Shown here: one piece after another, positions 63,078 to 64,000 of the stretch
Layout of the letters: every line of letters begins with the position of its first letter
How positions within the stretch are numbered: the stretch's first letter is position 1
From: Protoeuglena noctilucae
Taxonomy: Eukaryota
DNA length: 64,000 nucleotides
Assembly: GCA_958009085.1 (NCBI GenBank)
Contig: OY253685.1
Location: forward strand, 434,001 to 498,000
Direction of reading: 5' to 3'
Program-made: the position numbers and the translations under genes
Notes under the pieces: model-generated
Told to the model about the DNA's origin: nothing
Seen by the model: only the letters and a program-made list of their open reading frames with translations
Databases searched by the model: none

Positions 63078-64000
63078 ATGCCGCCTTCCAGGGCATCGCC
63101 GGCACCGGGGACGTCCGGCCGGCTCGTTCTCCTGCTGGCCCTCTGCCTGGGCCTCCTGTGCGCCCCCGCCCGGCCCGCCGTCGTGATCGCGAACAGCCAG
63201 CTGCAGACCTGCACGGCCGACGGCTCCGCGGGGGGCCAGGTCACGGGGTGCAAGGAGAAGCTGACGGCGACCGTGGCGGTGGAGAGCGGGGAGACGTTAG
63301 CCACCACGTCCCTGCAGGTGCAGGTGCAGTGCGTGAACCCCGACAAGGGGTCGTGTCCCTGCCAGTGCCAGTACGGCGTCAACGGATGCACATGCAGGTG
63401 AGCTTGACGCTTGTGCCGGGCATGCGTGCGTAGGAGCGGGGCCCACTTGCTTGCTCACCCTTGTAAGCTCAGCCGGCGGGGGCCACAATTGCGTGGGGTT
63501 GCCAGCAACTTGCCTTGACTGTTCCACAGGGACCTGAAGGACTGGCTCACGGTGGAGATATCCAAGGACCCCATAAAGGTTCAATACCCGCTGACGTACA
63601 ACAAGGTGTGTGAAGGGGTTCCCACATCAGGCTGCGTCTGTGCCACACGGGCAGTCAAAGAGAAACACAGCCGCGCCAAAGTGTGGCAGCGTGCCTAAGC
63701 GTCATGCTTAGCGGGCGTGACGTGGCATGTGGGAGAAAACGGCCTCCTTCATTTCATGCAGAGCTACCCCTCTCGCATGTTCGAGGTGTTCAAGCTGACG
63801 GGTACGGGGACGGGCGGCGGGCGCTTCTGCGACGACAGCCCCACCTCTAGTGAGTGCGCCATGACTCAGCCGTCGCCACACTGACAGTGATTCTGCCACT
63901 CTGCCATCAACAGCCCTCTCATGGTACACTAAACCACTTTTAGACGCCGTCAGGACATTTGAAACCCCCCTTGACACCCTCTCTTGTCCCTGCAGGCAGC
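63078..64000 (+). CDS. HAP2: Gamete fusogen HAP2/GCS1, 5' part (runs off the window)
   Basis: Signal peptide, then VIANSQLQTCTADG..CKEKLTATVAVESG..CVNPDKGSCPCQC..CTCR|DLKDWLTVEISKDPIKVQYPLTY|..FEV..CDDSPT. This is collinear with the Chlamydomonas HAP2 N-terminus as I recall it. First intron 63398-63529. Confidence 0.92.

Noticed and set aside
1..64000. Many long overlapping or antisense ORFs (e.g. 27471-29282 minus, 12194-13867 plus, 23970-25757 plus)
   Set aside because: Expected in very GC-rich DNA; they are mostly Arg/Pro/Gly-rich shadows of real exons with no independent motifs.
1..64000. Stop-codon reassignment
   Set aside because: Conserved genes end at TGA, TAG and TAA, and apparent internal stops in the genes I resolved fall inside introns.

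Overview
Gene-dense, GC-rich, intron-rich eukaryotic DNA that looks like a green alga (chlorophyte-like). Evidence for this is a plastid RETICULATA protein, AP2 factors, SnRK1-beta and a Chlamydomonas-type HAP2. I reconstructed 24 spliced genes by hand from GT/GC-AG junctions, so exon ends and start codons are approximate. Well-supported genes: RETICULATA-family, two tandem AP2-domain paralogues, MAD1, SnRK1/AMPK beta, VPS25, trehalose-6-phosphate phosphatase (TPP), TAF8, cystathionine beta-lyase, DDT/WHIM (DDR4-like), NUP50, LEO1 and the 5' part of HAP2/GCS1. The top finding is a candidate bicistronic VPS25-TPP locus: a 74-nt gap, no AUG in any frame between the two starts once spliced, and a weak first start context. 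Other findings: frequent GC-AG introns, a pseudo-phosphodiesterase, an Aurora-like pseudokinase, a claudin-like protein, a proteasome-chaperone-like protein ending in HbYX, an apparent frameshift hiding a C-terminal membrane anchor, and a Trp-containing heptad repeat array. I saw no rRNA, tRNA, CRISPR array or intact transposon.
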